Source: Octopus sinensis (lineage: Eukaryota). From it: DNA of 64,000 nt. Below the pieces are notes generated by a model. It was not told the DNA's origin. It searched no databases and worked only from the letters and a program-made list of their open reading frames with translations. Where the stretch lies: positions 10,354,001 through 10,418,000 of the forward strand of contig NC_043007.1 of the NCBI RefSeq assembly GCF_006345805.1, read 5' to 3'. The position numbers were made by a program, and so were the translations under genes. How positions within the stretch are numbered: position 1 is the first letter of the stretch; every line of letters begins with the position of its first letter. Below, in pieces: positions 24,096 through 37,900 of the stretch.

Positions 24096-24240
24096 ACTTA
24101 CCCTGAATCGGTTCGTTCTGTGGTTGTGGATCTGCACAATGAACGCAATGCTACTTCGATAACAATGACAATACTATAAAGCTGAACCAACAATATTCAT
24201 CGTACAGAAATGAGTTAAGACTCTCTCCGACTCTGTATAA
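24096..24240 (-). other. Putative non-coding first exon module, copy B (likely exon 1 of GPCR1)
   Basis: Minus strand TTCAGG|GTAAGTACC with donor at 24101-24096; homologous to copies A and C; adjacent intron 23780-24095 is also conserved with 38900-39265. Confidence 0.65.
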
Positions 24241-24995
24241 GCACACACGTGTATGCATATGAGTGCGCGTATGAGTATGTATGCCTATGTGTGTGTGTGT
24301 GTGTATGTGTCTGGGTCTTTGTGTACATACATCTATGCACACGCTCATGCATACATAATTGCTATCCTCCAATAAAATTTCTTTTATTATCAATAACATC
24401 CGTGAAATATAAATGTTTACATTCTTATGTAGAGCATCCTGTTTTGCCACTAAGCAGAGCATGCTTGTATGAAAAGACAATAACTTAACCACTTAAAGAT
24501 AACCATCTAATGGGCTACACTCTGCGAGGTTACTAATTTGCTAGAAATTAAAACTGAACCGGAATCACGCTAAGTAGCGTTTCGTTCAACTTTACGCTTT
24601 TAGCCCAAATTCCGCCGAGTTCGACTTTGTACTTCACCCATTCCGGGTAGATAGAATATGTACCAGTTGAGCACTAAGGTCGATGTAATCGTCTTACCCT
24701 CTCTCCTGAACTTGCTGGCCTTTTGCCAACATTTGAAATGAATGTTAAACATTGAATTCTATATTGAACAAAGTAGACTGCGATGTACAAACATAGGAAT
24801 GGTTACGGTTGGAAACTCTTATTCACGTGTCTATTCAATCACATTCGCGTTGGTTCACAACAATACAACAAAAAGATCAAAGAGGAAGAAGAAAAACTGA
24901 ACAACTACGACAATTTGAAGTGGGGAATTCGAAGATTGTGCTCAATGAGAAGAGGAGATGTGATATCAATACTAATACAACGCGATATGGACCAC

Positions 24996-25540
24996 AGCAG
25001 AAGTCGATGGGCTTGCAGCTCGACTCCTGGAGAGGCAGACACATGTAGTTCGACAGCGTCGTAGAGTGCAGGATAGAAGGACTGGTTAGATCACACGCGC
25101 TATGGTTTGGGCCGGTCTTCTGGGTGGACAAGAACTGTGGGGAGGTAATGAGCAGGGTGGCCAGTCTCACTCAGAAATTAGCAACGAGGAAGTTCTCCAT
25201 GAAAGGTTGGACACAGGTGCCGAACGCATAAATCGCTTCCATCATTTACTATTGTCTGAGGGGTGTTCCATGGCCTACTTCGTGACTGCTCAATCTGGAG
25301 TGCTTGCTCTTCTGTTTTCTGTGGAAGGGACCTGTTTCGCTCGACCGACGATCCGTCTGCTATCAGCAGCCGCTGAGTGGAGTACTAGGCATGCTGTGGC
25401 TAATGATGCGCAGATATGCACTGAGACCGCGACATCACCAACAATGTCCTTAACGGTGACCAGGTGATCTTGCCGTTTGCTGAATGGAGTGCAGATGGAG
25501 AAGGGGGTACTTAGCACCTGGTGTGTCGGCAAGCTTTGAA
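24996..25540 (+). mobile_element. L1-Tx1 RT fragment
   Basis: KSMGLQLDSWRG...LWFGP..VDKN..EV..RVA.LTQ....RKLS.KG; near-identical to 33720-34258. Confidence 0.8.
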
Positions 25541-25544
25541 GAAT

Positions 25545-25990
25545 TTGTTTAACAAGATCGTTGCGAACAAAAACATGAGTCTGTGAAGTAATATCAGGAG
25601 GCACACAAGACTTGATAAACTGTGCTCTAGTAACCAAAGGAGGTAATTCTTTCATGTAATTCTTTCGTTATCGATGTATGTAATCAGCCGGATCGAAAAT
25701 TTGTTCAGGAGTCTCAGGTACGGTTATCTGCCCAGGTAAGCAAAGTGGAGATCCGTAGAGAAGTAATGCTTCCAACCATCTGTCTGAATGAGGGTGAGCA
25801 CATGAAGCAGATTGTAGCTGACGATGAAATCTTTCTATCATTCCATTAGCCATGAGATGATGAAAAGTGGTAGGAATTCGATGTGAATCCTCATTCAGAC
25901 AGATGGTTGGAAATATTACCGATTGTTCTCTTAGGTCTTTGTGCTGTTGTTAAGGAAGAGCGTGGCTTTTCTTCGGCAGAACTTCTCTAC
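25545..25990 (-). mobile_element. Gypsy integrase C-terminal remnant with an internal inverted piece
   Basis: ANGMIERFHRQL...RWLEAL...LYG..L.LPG and HVFVRND.VK..LQ on minus; RWLEILPIVLLG...KEE...SSAELLY on plus at ~25890-25990. Confidence 0.75.
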
Positions 25991-26165
25991 GTATCCCCAC
26001 ATTGCTTACCTTGCAAATGATCGCACCTGCAACCCCTGAACAAATTTCCGATCAAGTCGAGGTCACCAATTTTTAGCAAGACTGCATTTTTTAGTAATAA
26101 AGGTATGTAATGTTGTCGTAAGAATTGCGGGTTAAGTCCTGATATATTATGTCCTCTCTTAAATA

Positions 26166-26830
26166 CGCGAGCTGGCAGAAACGTTAACACGCCGGGCGAA
26201 ATGCTTAGCGTTATTTCGTCTGACGTTACGTTCTGAGTTCAAATTCCGCCGAGGTTGACTTTGCCTTTCATCCTTTCGGGGTCGATTAAATAAGTACCAG
26301 TTACGCACTGGGGTCGATATAATCGACTTAATCCGTTTGTCTGTCCTTGTTTGTCCCCTTTATGTTTAGCCCCTTGTGGGTAGTAAAGAAATAGGTATTT
26401 CGTCTGCCGTTACGTTCTGAGTTCAAATTCCGCTGAGGTCGACTTTGCCTTTCATCCTTTCGGGGTCGATTAAATAAGTACCAGTTACGCACTGGGGTCG
26501 ATATAATCGACTTGATCCGTTTGTCTGTCCTTGTTTGTCCCCTCTGTGTGTAGCCCCTTGTGGGAAGTAAAAAAGCGATAGTAACGTTCTTTATTTAAAA
26601 GGCGGCAAGCCGGCAGAAACGTTAGCACGCCGGGCGAAATGCTTTGTGGTATTTCGTCCGCCGCTGCGTGCTGAGTTCAAATTGCACCGATAACGACTTT
26701 ACTTTTCATCCTTTCGGGGTCGATTAATTAAGTACCGGTGAAACACTGGGGTCGATGTAATTGACTATCCCCCTCCCCCAAATTTCAGGTCTTGTGCCTA
26801 TAGTAGAAAGGATTATGTCCTCTCTTAATT
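26166..26830 (+). mobile_element. CORE-type tRNA-derived SINE cluster (head + 2 tandem bodies, then a second copy)
   Basis: Head GAGCTGGCAGAAACGTT...GAGTTCAAATTCC (B-box-like); central CCTTTCATCCTTTCGGGGTCGAT..ATAAGTACCAG; 184-bp period (26212, 26396). Confidence 0.85.
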
Positions 26831-27894
26831 GACATTCGAATAGATATTAAATAACAACTTGAAAGGCGAGTTACAGTTGACTGCAAAGAAACATTTATTA
26901 CTATTGCTAAAATTTGATACAGTAAACTGGTAGGACATTATATTTCTCAAAACATAATATAGATTTAAATGCTCATAAAAATGAAGATATAAAGGTTAGA
27001 GAAAAACCTGAAATACAACATCACAAAAATTCTGGTTACTTCTATTCAAATGTTGGTAAGACTCGAAGCATAACATCGACACTTCTGGTTTGAAATCTGT
27101 TCAAGCTGAAAACTGCAAAATGAAATTAAAACTGTTTTCATATCAAAGTCCCAGGTCGTACTTAGCAAAATTCTCCTCTCTAGAGACTTAGCCAGTCAAA
27201 GCTTCCCATTTTATAGCTGATGAACAGGCACTAGGCTAGTCCACCACGTTAAAGGTGTGGGTAGTCCAAGTAAAACTAAATGGATCTTCATTATTTACAT
27301 TATTTACATTTGACGGATATTATCATCACGTGGTGAACCAAAATGGGTAGTTAAAAGTAAAACAAAAATGTGGGCAGCTAAAGTTCAAGAGCGTCCATGC
27401 TGCCGCTACACATACATTCTTACATACATACTTACAAATGCTTACCAGCATTTCGTACGCCGCTACGTTCTCAGTTCAAGTTCCGCTTAATTCCAAAGAA
27501 CAAGTACCAATTGCGCAATGGTGTCGATGTTAAGGAATAATCTCTTCCCTCGAAAATGCTGTCCCTGTGCCAAAATTTTAAACCTGTATTAAAGCTGGCT
27601 GAATCGTTAGCCCATCGGACAAAATGCTTAGCAGCATTTCATCCGTCTTCAGGTTCTGAGTTCAAATCCTACCATTGCCGACTTTGCCTTCCATAAGGAG
27701 GAATTCAATCAACAAAGCTTATGCCCTTTTGCATACGAAGCAAAATGCTAGCGGCAATTTTATCCCTACGCTCACCTTTGCCGTTCATCCTTTCAGAGTT
27801 GATGTGAAGCAGTGCAGTCAATGTAATCATCTAAGCCACTCTCCCAAAATTTCAGGCCATGTACCTGAAATTATTATTATTATTATTATTATTA

Positions 27895-27937
<43 letters not shown>

Positions 27938-27940
<3 letters not shown>

Positions 27941-30622
27941 TAGTTTTATTTTTATAGCGTGCTTTCACTTCACTACCGAGCGCAGCTCTGTGTGCCTTGG
28001 GTATGTGCTGTGGTTTGTTGTGATGCTCTTATGGTTACTGCATTGAAAGTGTTTTGCGTAGGATGTGTGCAGTTCCCAGTAGTGCAAGTTTCTGTATGTT
28101 ATATGTGTTTGTAAGTCCTGGTGTTTTTGTTATGTATTTGTCTGAATATTTTTTTATCATGCCTAATGCACCTACTATGATAGGAATTGTTTCTGTTTTC
28201 AGATTCCACATTCTAGTTACCTCTATTTCCAGGTCTTTGTATTTTGAGAGTTTCTCCATTTCTTTTAGAGAAACGTTGTCATCTGTCGGTATTGATACAT
28301 CAATTAGAAAGCATTTTTTTACTTCATGATCTCTGACAACTATATCTGGTCTGTTGGCCTTAATTTCTCTATCTGTGTGTATCGGCATATCCCAGAGTAT
28401 GGTTGCTGTCTCGTTTTCTGTGACATTTTCTGGTGTGTGCCTATACCATCTTTTTTCTGTTGTTATTCCATAATGTTGGCATAGCTTCCAATGTATGTAG
28501 GTTCCAACTCTGTCATGTCTGTGAATATATTCCTTCTTAGCCAGGACTGGGCAGCTAGAGATAATATGATTTATTGTTTCTTGTCCATCTCCACATATTC
28601 TGCAGTTACTTGTAATATTTCTTTTCATTACATGTTTTTGGTAATTTCTGGTGGGGAGGCTTTGGTCTTGTGCTGCAATTAAAAATCGCTCTATCTCTGC
28701 TTTGAGTCCTGAGCTTCTCAACCATTGCTGGGATTTTTCTTTGTCTATTTCTTTTGCGTTTAGTTTAGTCCAGTATTTACCATGAAGGGGCTTTTCTTGC
28801 CATCGTTTTATCATGGTTCGTTGCTGTTCTATTTTTAGTTTGGATTTCATTTGTTTTATAGCTTTTGTTGTTTCCTCATCTTCTTCTTCTTCTTCATGTT
28901 TATTAGGTGGTATGATTTCTTGTTTGTATTTGTCAGCTTCCTTAAATACTGAGAACAGTTTTTTGTTTTCTCGTGTTTTGCCGCTATCTGGATCAGTTTT
29001 CCTTCCTTCTGAAGTAGATATTTTTGCAGTCCTATGGTGGTTTATTTTATAGTAGTTTTCTAGCTGTATAAGGCCTCTACCACCTTCTATACGTTGTATA
29101 TATAGTCTTTCTATGTCAGATTTTGGGTGATGCATCCTAGATCTTGTCATTATTTTTCTTGTTTTCCTATCTATTTTGGTCAGTTCATTTCGTGTCCAGT
29201 TAAGGATATTGTAGCTGTAACTTATAACTGGGACAGCTAAAGTGTTGATACCTATTATCTTGTTTTTAGCATTGAGCTCTGTTTTTAGTATTGATCTAAC
29301 TCGTCTATAATATTCTTTTTTTATTTTCTCTTTCATTTGTGTGTGTTGTGTCTTATCTAGTTCATGGATTACTAAGTATTTGTAAGTTTGGCTTTGGTCT
29401 AATTCTTTTATTTAATTGGTTTTATCTAGTGTGATGTTGTTACTCTTAACTAGTTTTCCTCTTTTCATGGTTACTTTGGCGCATTTTTCTAATCCAAATT
29501 TCATATCTATTTCTTTGGTAAATCCATGAACTGTCTTTAATAGTGTTTCCAGCTGTTTGTCATTTGCAGCGTATAGTTTTAGGTCATCCATATATAAAAG
29601 GTGGCTGATCGTTTTGCCGTAACATTTATATCCGCATCCAGTTCTATTTAGCATATCAGATAGAGGTGACAGTGCCAAGCAGAAAAGGAGTGGAGAGAGC
29701 GTGTCTCCCTGGAATATTCCTCTTCTAATGGGGATATCTTTGGTTTTCATGAGTCCCTCTTTTGTTTGGAGGTGTAGGACTGTTTGCCATTTATTCATAG
29801 AGTGCTCTATGAATTTTATGATTGTTGGTGCTACTTTGTTAATGGCTAGTGTTTCGAGGATCCATGTGTGGGGGATGCTATCAAACACCTTTTTGTAGTC
29901 AATCCAGGCCATACTGAGGCCTTTCCTCTTTCTGTGGCTGTCTTCAGTTATGGCTTTGTTAATCATTAGTTGATCTTTACAGCCATATGAGCCTTTGCGG
30001 CATCCTTTCTGCTCTTCTGGGAACAGTTTGTTTTCGTCCAGGTGCTTGTTCAGCCTTTGCGATATCACTGCAGTAAATGCCTTGAACATAGTAGGGAGGC
30101 AGGTTATTGGTCTGTAGTTTTCTGGTTTTGCTGTTTCATTTGATTTGGGAATTAAGATGGTTTTCCCCTTCGTGAGCCATTCAGGCATTGTCTCTGGCTC
30201 TGCTAGTATGTTGTTAAAGTTTTCAGCCAGCTTTTTGTGCATTCCTGTTAGATATTTCAACCAGAAGTTGGGGATCTTGTCATGCCCAGGTGCCTTCCAG
30301 TTGCTTAGTCTTTGCAGTGCCTGGGTGACCTCTTCAGTTGTTATGGGGGTCCAAAGTTGTTCAGATGCCGAGTTTGTTATTTTGATACTCCTTTTTTTGG
30401 TTGTTCGTTCGCCGACCATATTTCTCTCCAGAATTCTTCCAATTCTTCTGCCGTTGGTGCTGCAGCGACTTCTATTTTATTTTTTCCCACTTCTTGATAG
30501 AACTGTTTGGGGTTGGAGTTGAACTTTTTGTTTTGTTCAAAGAAGCGTTGGCGTTTCTCGTACCGGCGGATCCTTTGTGCTTTGTTAAGGATATCTTGCT
30601 TCAGCTTTTCTTTTATCTCAGG
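27938..30622 (-). mobile_element. 5'-truncated R4/Dong-like non-LTR retrotransposon (RT + CCHC + RLE) between (TAA)n tracts
   Basis: RT motifs WKAPG.D, YRPITCL, QKG, DYKK.FDS, QGD.LSP, YMDD; CRIC..ETINHIISSC..RHD; RPDIVV..LIDVSIP..EK..KY.DL. The two track ORFs are in frame, split by one TAA at 29412-14; frameshift near 30419; flanked by (TTA)n on both sides. Confidence 0.95.
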
Positions 30623-30655
30623 TTATTATTATTATTATCATTATTATTATTATTA

Positions 30656-30711
<56 letters not shown>

Positions 30712-30726
30712 GTTATTGTTATTGTT

Positions 30727-30759
<33 letters not shown>

Positions 30760-30771
30760 CTTCTTCTTCTT

Positions 30772-30802
<31 letters not shown>

Positions 30803-30814
30803 TTATTATTATTA

Positions 30815-30990
30815 AGGCGGTGAGCTGGCAGTATCGTTAGCGCACTGGCCGAAATGCTTAATGGTATTTCGCCCGTTGATACGATAAGTTTAAATTCTTT
30901 TCGGGGTTGATAAAATAAGTACCAGTTAAACACTGGGTTCGATATAATCGACTCATTCCTCCCCCAAAATTGCTACCCTTGTGACAAAAT
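30815..30990 (+). mobile_element. CORE-type SINE copy
   Basis: AAGGCGGTGAGCTGGCAG...GGGGTTGATAAAATAAGTACCAG. Confidence 0.8.
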
Positions 30991-31007
30991 TAGAAACTAT
31001 TCTTCTT

Positions 31008-31070
<63 letters not shown>

Positions 31071-31073
<3 letters not shown>

Positions 31074-31570
31074 TAGTTTTATTTTTATATCGTGCTTTCA
31101 CTTCACTACTGAGCGCAGCTCTGTGTGCCTTGGGTATGTGCTGTGGTTTGTTGTGATGCTCTTATGGTTACTGCATTGAAAGTGTTTTGCGTAGGATGTG
31201 TGCAGTGCCCAGTAGTGCAATTTTCTGTATGTTGTATATATTTGTAAGTCCTGGTGTTTTTGTTATGTATTTGTCTGAATATTTTTTATCATACTTAATG
31301 TACCTACTATGATAGGAATTGTTTCTGTTTTTAGATTCCACATTCGAGTTACCTCTATTTGTAGGTCTTTGTATTTTGAAAGTTTCTCCATTTCTTTTAG
31401 AGAAACGTTGTCGTCTGTTGGTATTGATACATCAATTAGAAAGCATTTTTTCTTCATGATCTCTGACAACTATATCTGGCCTATTGACCTTAATTTCCCT
31501 CTCTGTATGTATTGGCATATCCCAGAGTATGGTTGCTTTTTCGTTTTCTGTGACCTTTCCTGTGACCTTA
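31071..31570 (-). mobile_element. 3' fragment of the same Dong-like family
   Basis: Close to 27938-28430 ([28 protein letters not shown]). Confidence 0.9.
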
Positions 31571-31579
31571 TTATTATTA

Positions 31580-31639
<60 letters not shown>

Positions 31640-31640
31640 C

Positions 31641-33350
31641 ATTCCTTTGTAGCAGAGCTAAAAATGCACCGGATTCTTTAGTCATCTATCAAGTCACAAC
31701 AAGGATCTCAGAAATAATACTTTCCTTAAGACGTGCGCTGTGTTCAATAAGGCTGCTTTTTGCTAGACATCAATCTTGCATCGGATTTTCAGTTGCCTTA
31801 AGAAGTTTTGAAGTTTCAATGGGATTGAGTCCAGCGCTCCGATCACCATTGGTATCACTTTTACATTACAATCTCGCATTACATGCAGTCTTGCCATTTC
31901 CACTTTCAATTCGGAGTACTTGGTGATTTTTTTCAACCTCTTTACTCTCAACATTCATGTCATTTGGTATGGCTACATCAATGAGCTGACAGTATTTGTC
32001 TCCCTTGTTCAATATGACAATATCCGCCCGACGGCGTTCGATTACACGATCCGTCTGAAAATCATAGTCCCAGAGTATCGTTTCTTTTCCATCCTCCTGT
32101 ATATCTTTACTTGGTACATACTCATACCAGATCTCTGTTACTTCATATTCATATTTAAAGCATAAGAGCCAATGAAGATACACACATACTCTCACATCCA
32201 CTTACCAAGTGGGTCACATTTTCCATACTCTTTCTACAGAGTCTGTATTTCTGGGTGTCAGAGATTTTATGGACGTTATACTTTATTGCATTGGTAGTGA
32301 GAGCCTGGCCTTGTGTAGCAATGACCAGGCTTTCGGTGGTACACTTCAAATCACCTCGCTCAAGCCATGCCCACGATGCTGTATTATCCTTAAAGTCTTG
32401 CGTATTCCTTCCAAACTGTCCATGCATTCTCATTTCAGGAAGGTTTTCTTTTCTCTTCTCCTCAGCTTTTAGGTTAAACTCTTCGTTGCCCATCGTTTCA
32501 TCTGCATTTACACCCATATCTTTTGCGGCATATTGCAGAAGGTCTTCATCACTATTTATCAAATATCGGCACTCGTTCTCCTTTCACTCCGTATACAATG
32601 GTCTATACTAATTAGTCCTCTGCCACCATTCTTTCTTTTCATATACAGTCTGTTTACTTTGGCTCCATGCAACGTCATCAACTTTCTTGTCCTTCTATCC
32701 AGTGTTGATGTTTACTCCTTAGTCCATTTCAGGATGGACGCACTATATCTGACCGCCGCAACTGCCCAGATATTAATTACGGTAATCAAATTTTTGGAAT
32801 TCAAGTTGGATTTCAACACTATCTTCACCCTTTTTTGATACGCCTCGCTGACCTTAACTCTAATTTTTCTGTGTAGAATGTCATGCAGCTCTAAAGTCCC
32901 TAAATATCTATGCCTACTACCGTTGGGTTCACCCATGGTCCCTCCTAATGGTAACCGCAATCCTCTGCAGTCTGTTTTCTTACCTCTTTTCATATTAAGT
33001 ACTGAGCATTTAGTAATCCCTAATTTTATACCGATGTCTCTACCACACTTCTGGACTATTTTTAGTTAAGGAATCTATCTGATTTTCAGATTTCCCTAAC
33101 AATTTCAGGTCACCCATAAACAGAAGATGGTTCAATAATAGGCCTTTCTTCCCACATCGGTAACCCATCTTGACTTTCCCAAGTGTCATTGTTTTGGGTA
33201 TTAGTGCATTTACAAATAGTAACGGAGAAAACGAATCACCTTGGAAGATTCCCCTTTTAATATTAACTTCCCCAAGGAATACATTACTTGAGTACAATTT
33301 GGTTTTCCACTCTTTCATGTTCTGATCAGAAAATTTGTAATGTCAGCAAC
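31641..33350 (-). mobile_element. Second R4-like family, decayed (RT to RLE)
   Basis: KRGIFQGDSFSPLLF, NHLLFMGDLKL, LNSKNLI..IN.WAV, ILWD..FQTDR.IE.RR.DIV, VIPMVIGAL. Confidence 0.85.
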
Positions 33351-33399
33351 ACCAAATTAATCAAAAGGTTTTTGATAGGGCCTACCATTAATATTTGGA

Positions 33400-34640
33400 G
33401 GTAGTCCTGTTTTCAAAGGATGGATCGCTGCAATGTACAGCGACAGCTGTTTGGTGGTCAAATTAATGATCACCAATCGGAATTGTTTAGCATTGTATGT
33501 TCGGTCTGTCAAGGATCCACACTCTCACCCCTTCTGTACGCACTGTCTCTTGAGCCATTACTACGTAAGTCGAATGTTTCGATAGACATCCCGCATGAAC
33601 TAAGATGTTGAAGTTTTGTGTCGACTTATGCAGACGACGTTAACGTAATGATATCTCGGACATCGATTGATTGGCACTAAACTAAGAGAGTACGAAGCGG
33701 TGACAGGATGAAAGATTAAGCAGAAGTCAATGGGCTTGCAGCTCGACTCCTGGAGAGGCAAATCCATGTAGTTCGACAGCGTCGTAGAGTGCAGGATAGA
33801 AGGACTGGTTAGATCACACGAGCTATGGTTTGGGCCGGTCTTCTGGGTGGACAAGAACTGTGGGGAGGTGATGAGCAGGGTGGCCAGTCTCACTCAGAAA
33901 TTAGCAACGAGGAAGTTGTCCATGAAAGGTTGGACACAGGTGCCGAACGCATAAATCGCTTCCATCATTTACTATTGTCTGAGGGGTGTTCCATGGCCTA
34001 CTTCGTGGCTGCTCAATCTGGAGTGCTTGCTCTTCTGTTTTCTGTGGAAGGGACGTGTTTCGCTCGTCAGACGGTCCATCTGCTATCAGCAGCTGTTGAG
34101 TGGAGTACTGGGCATGCTGTGGCTAATGATGCGCAGATATGCACTGAGGCCGTGACATCACCAACGTTTCCTTAACGGTGCCCAGGCGCTCTCGCCGTTT
34201 GCTGAATGAAATGCAGATGGAGAGGGGGTACTTATTACCTGGTGTGTCGGTAAGCTTTCACAGTCCTCTGCCAGTTGGGCAATGCAGTCGGTATTGGAGT
34301 ACTGTAGAGTTTAAAGGCGAGTAAATGGTACGACGTCCTCGAGGTAACTTTTGGTGTCGGGAGAGCTCAATTAGCTGGTCTTTTCCAGAGGATTTTCGGG
34401 CCTGGGCTATGGGTAATTTCCAGAAATCCCTGGCTTGACAGTGCTACCGCGAACTTTGCCGCTTCGAGGGAAACTCTACAGGCACAGAAGTGCTGTCGGG
34501 AGAACTTGTCCAAGATAAGCGCAAATTGACGAAACTTCTGCATGCACTCGACCAGAGTCCGGGAATTGTTGACTTGTGGTGTTTTGACTAATAGCTGTTA
34601 CCGTGTGTAGGACGGATCCGGTTATCGACTGAGTCCATCG
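33400..34640 (+). mobile_element. L1-Tx1 ORF2 fragment (RT to zinc finger)
   Basis: SVCQGS.LSPLLYAL.LEPLLRK, YADDV, GLQLDSWRG, later FQKSLA..CYR..LP.R.KLYRH. Confidence 0.8.
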
Positions 34641-34649
34641 TGGAGATCG

Positions 34650-34894
34650 CTTCACCGCCTTCTTTTAACCGGCAACAGAAGGCAGTTTCCTCTTCCGCCA
34701 AGTGTTACTCGACTTTTTCAAGTTCCACTTGAAAGAAAAGTAAAGGTGGTGTGGTAAAGTACTGCCCATAGTATTTTTATTGAGGGTAAATATAGCGAAG
34801 ATGGCTCGTATGAATGGGCCGACTCTGAACATACACTTATAAACCGGAGGAATGGAGAAGGTGAGAAGCACCAGCTGAGGTGTGTGTGTGTGTA

Positions 34895-34957
<63 letters not shown>

Positions 34958-37900
34958 ATGTGTGTGTGTGTGTGTATGAGTGTGTACATGTATATATGTC
35001 ACCTCTTCCCAATTCTTATCTACCTGGAGGTCGGGACTGAACCAGACCCCGAGCATTTTAACTGCTCCATCTGTCCAACGACGCCATCCGACAGTATCAA
35101 TCTTCCTCTCCAACTGTCCAATCGCAATCTCACCGACTTGTCGGTATTGATTTTAGCCACTGCAACCGACTCATATTCCTTTACAATAGAGCCGACTGTC
35201 CGTGTATGTAGACACTGCCCTCCCGTGTCCAGTTTCAAAAGGGAGGCCTCTTAACTGTTCCAACTTCCGCAACAGTGGCTCGAGAGCCAGCACATACAGA
35301 AGAGGTGACAGCGGGCAGCCCTGACGGATCGAACGTGCGAAACTAAACGGTACGGATAGATGGGCATTTACTTTGACCACCGAGCAAGTACCGCTGTGCG
35401 TTGCAGTAATCCAACCTCTGAAAACGGGTCCGAAACCGGCTGCTTTAAGGACAGCTTCCAAGCAGCGACGGTCTACTCTTTTGAAAGCTTTCGACTGATC
35501 TAAATTGATCAAGGCCTAACCGAATCCAGCTTCAGTCCTATCACTCTCTAAGATGTATTGCGTAAGGTGGCGGTTGTCGTCTATTGGCCTGATTGGGATT
35601 GCGCACATTTGTGCCTTCCCGATCAGACTACCAACGACAACCGCCAACCTTTTCGCAAAGACCAAAATCGTAAACTATATGATTAGCAGACTTATGGGCC
35701 GAAAATTCCCTAGCACGTCTCCATTGTCGGCATCCTTTCTCAACAGTGTTACTACACTCCGGCTAACAGCCCTAGGAATTCTCCTGTTCTTTTGCCACTT
35801 ACTATATACATCTGCCAAGAGGCTGCCGAACAAATCTGTCATGAAAACATAGATTTCGTAGGACAGACCATTGAAACCGGGCGAGTTGCTAGTTGTGCGG
35901 TCGTTCATCGTCCCGTATTTCAGAGGCTGTAAACGGCTTTTCGTAGAATCTCGCGTCCGAAACCGTGAGCCGTGGTAAGCCGTCTAGGTAGGAAGTAAAG
36001 TTCGCTACCGCCGTCGACCCATCAAACTCCCTAAACAATCGCACAAAGTGCTGCTGGGAAGCTGCACACATCTGGTCAGAAGCGAGTTGCACGCGTTCCT
36101 CCGTCCCGATCTGTCAAAGATTTGATCGGGGTTTTGTTTCCACGTCGCGTCTCTATCGTTTGGGCCTATTGGACGGCTTTAGTTCTTCCGTGTTTTAGCA
36201 CACGGACCTTAGCTCTGACAACACACTCTTGCGGGTCGCCTCAAAGAAAGGGCCAAGAGCATTCTCGCCGCTAACACATCGGTCGTGATACCTTTACTAA
36301 TAGGCTTCACTAGTTTGCTAACTAGTTCTCCCTCTAACTTATTTCTTTCTTTTATTAAATCTTTGCTAAACGCTATCGATTCTACTCTAATCGCTCTCTT
36401 CAGAGCGATCCACCACCGGTTGTTGATGATAGGCCTAGTCAACTGCCGCTTAACTAGTTCGCTAATCCGGTCCCTGTAGTCTTTGTGAGCCGGTAAGGAC
36501 GCATTCAACTTGCAGTAACCGGGTCCCTGTGTATGGGGTTTATCTAAATCGACTGAACATATCACAAAATTGTGATTGTGTAGCCGACCAATTTAAATTG
36601 TGGACAACCTATGCTATCCCTATCCTCTGACCTAACAAATATTCTATCTAAATACGATCTGGATGACCCGCTGTGGTTGCTTCATGTCCACACTGGCACA
36701 TCGGGGAAATCCAGTCGGTACCGGATTTCCGGAGTAGCACTGCTTCACCACCACCCGCTTCCGATAGCCCACAAGATGAGAATCCCTCAGAGTCCTCGAA
36801 AATGAATGCTAGATCGTGTTTTCTAGAGATCCTTGTTTCACTAATGGCAGCCACATGCAAATTAAGTGACCTGAGATCATTGAGCAAGGGACCTAGCTTC
36901 CAAGCTGACGCCAGACCACGCACATTCACACACCCCATTCTCAGCACAGACATGATATTCGGAGAAAGAAAATAAGGAGATCACTCATATTGATTCTCAA
37001 GAAGACCGGAAGTTCCGGGCTTCTCTACTGGTGGAAAAGTTTTTAAAAGCCCTTCCAACTGCCTTTTATCAACATATTTTTTGAATCTCCACACCTCCAG
37101 GGAATTTTTTTTTAATCACAATTTTATAAACGTCTGAGGACGTTTTAATTAAGAGTTTGTCCTTGGGTGTTTCGAGGACGAGCTCCTCAAATTCTTTTCG
37201 CTCTGTCACTATACTATATATATTTTAATTTATAAAATCCATTAATTCACTGTTACACTTGTTCACAACAGTGAAAGTGGTGGATACAGTTCGTCCACAG
37301 TCTGATGAATATTTTTGAAGTTGTATAATCGGTTGTTTCTCGGTTTCTTTAATTTCATGGTGCTGATGATGTTGCTGTTTTCGAAGTTGTTGATCTTGTT
37401 CTTGGTATTTTCGTTGGAGTGGTAATGAATTGTGTTGCAGTTGTGGTTTCGGAATAAGTTTTCGTTGATTTCTTGGAATAGGGCTTTGTATTCTTCTCTT
37501 TCGCTTACCCCACTTTTGTCACTGTGATCCATTGATTGTTCAGCTCCATATCATTGCAATTAACGTTGGTTTGAGAGGAAGAGCATTCAGGAGAAACTTG
37601 CTTTTCCGTAGCGACCGGGGGTAGACTCCTTCTTTGTCTTGGTTTGGGAGTGGGTGAGCGTGGGTGTGGGAGAAGGTGTAGGAGTCTTGAGCACTTGTTT
37701 ATGATTTTTTCACTTCTAGTATTTGTAATGTTGGCAACGGTGAGACTTTATTTTCCATTATTTCAGGGCAGGAAAATTTTATGTGTCTTACAGACCCACA
37801 TTTGTGGCATCTTGGCTTTCTACCCTCCATGAACACTGACAGGTGAGTACCATCCGGCAGATCGGTTAGATCGGTCGGCTGATCAATATGGTCCTGCTTG

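Noticed and set aside
26830-27440. Unique-looking stretch as the missing GPCR coding exon for module C
   Set aside because: I could not recognise any GPCR motif or the conserved acceptor/leader by eye; TBLASTN is needed to exclude a highly decayed copy.
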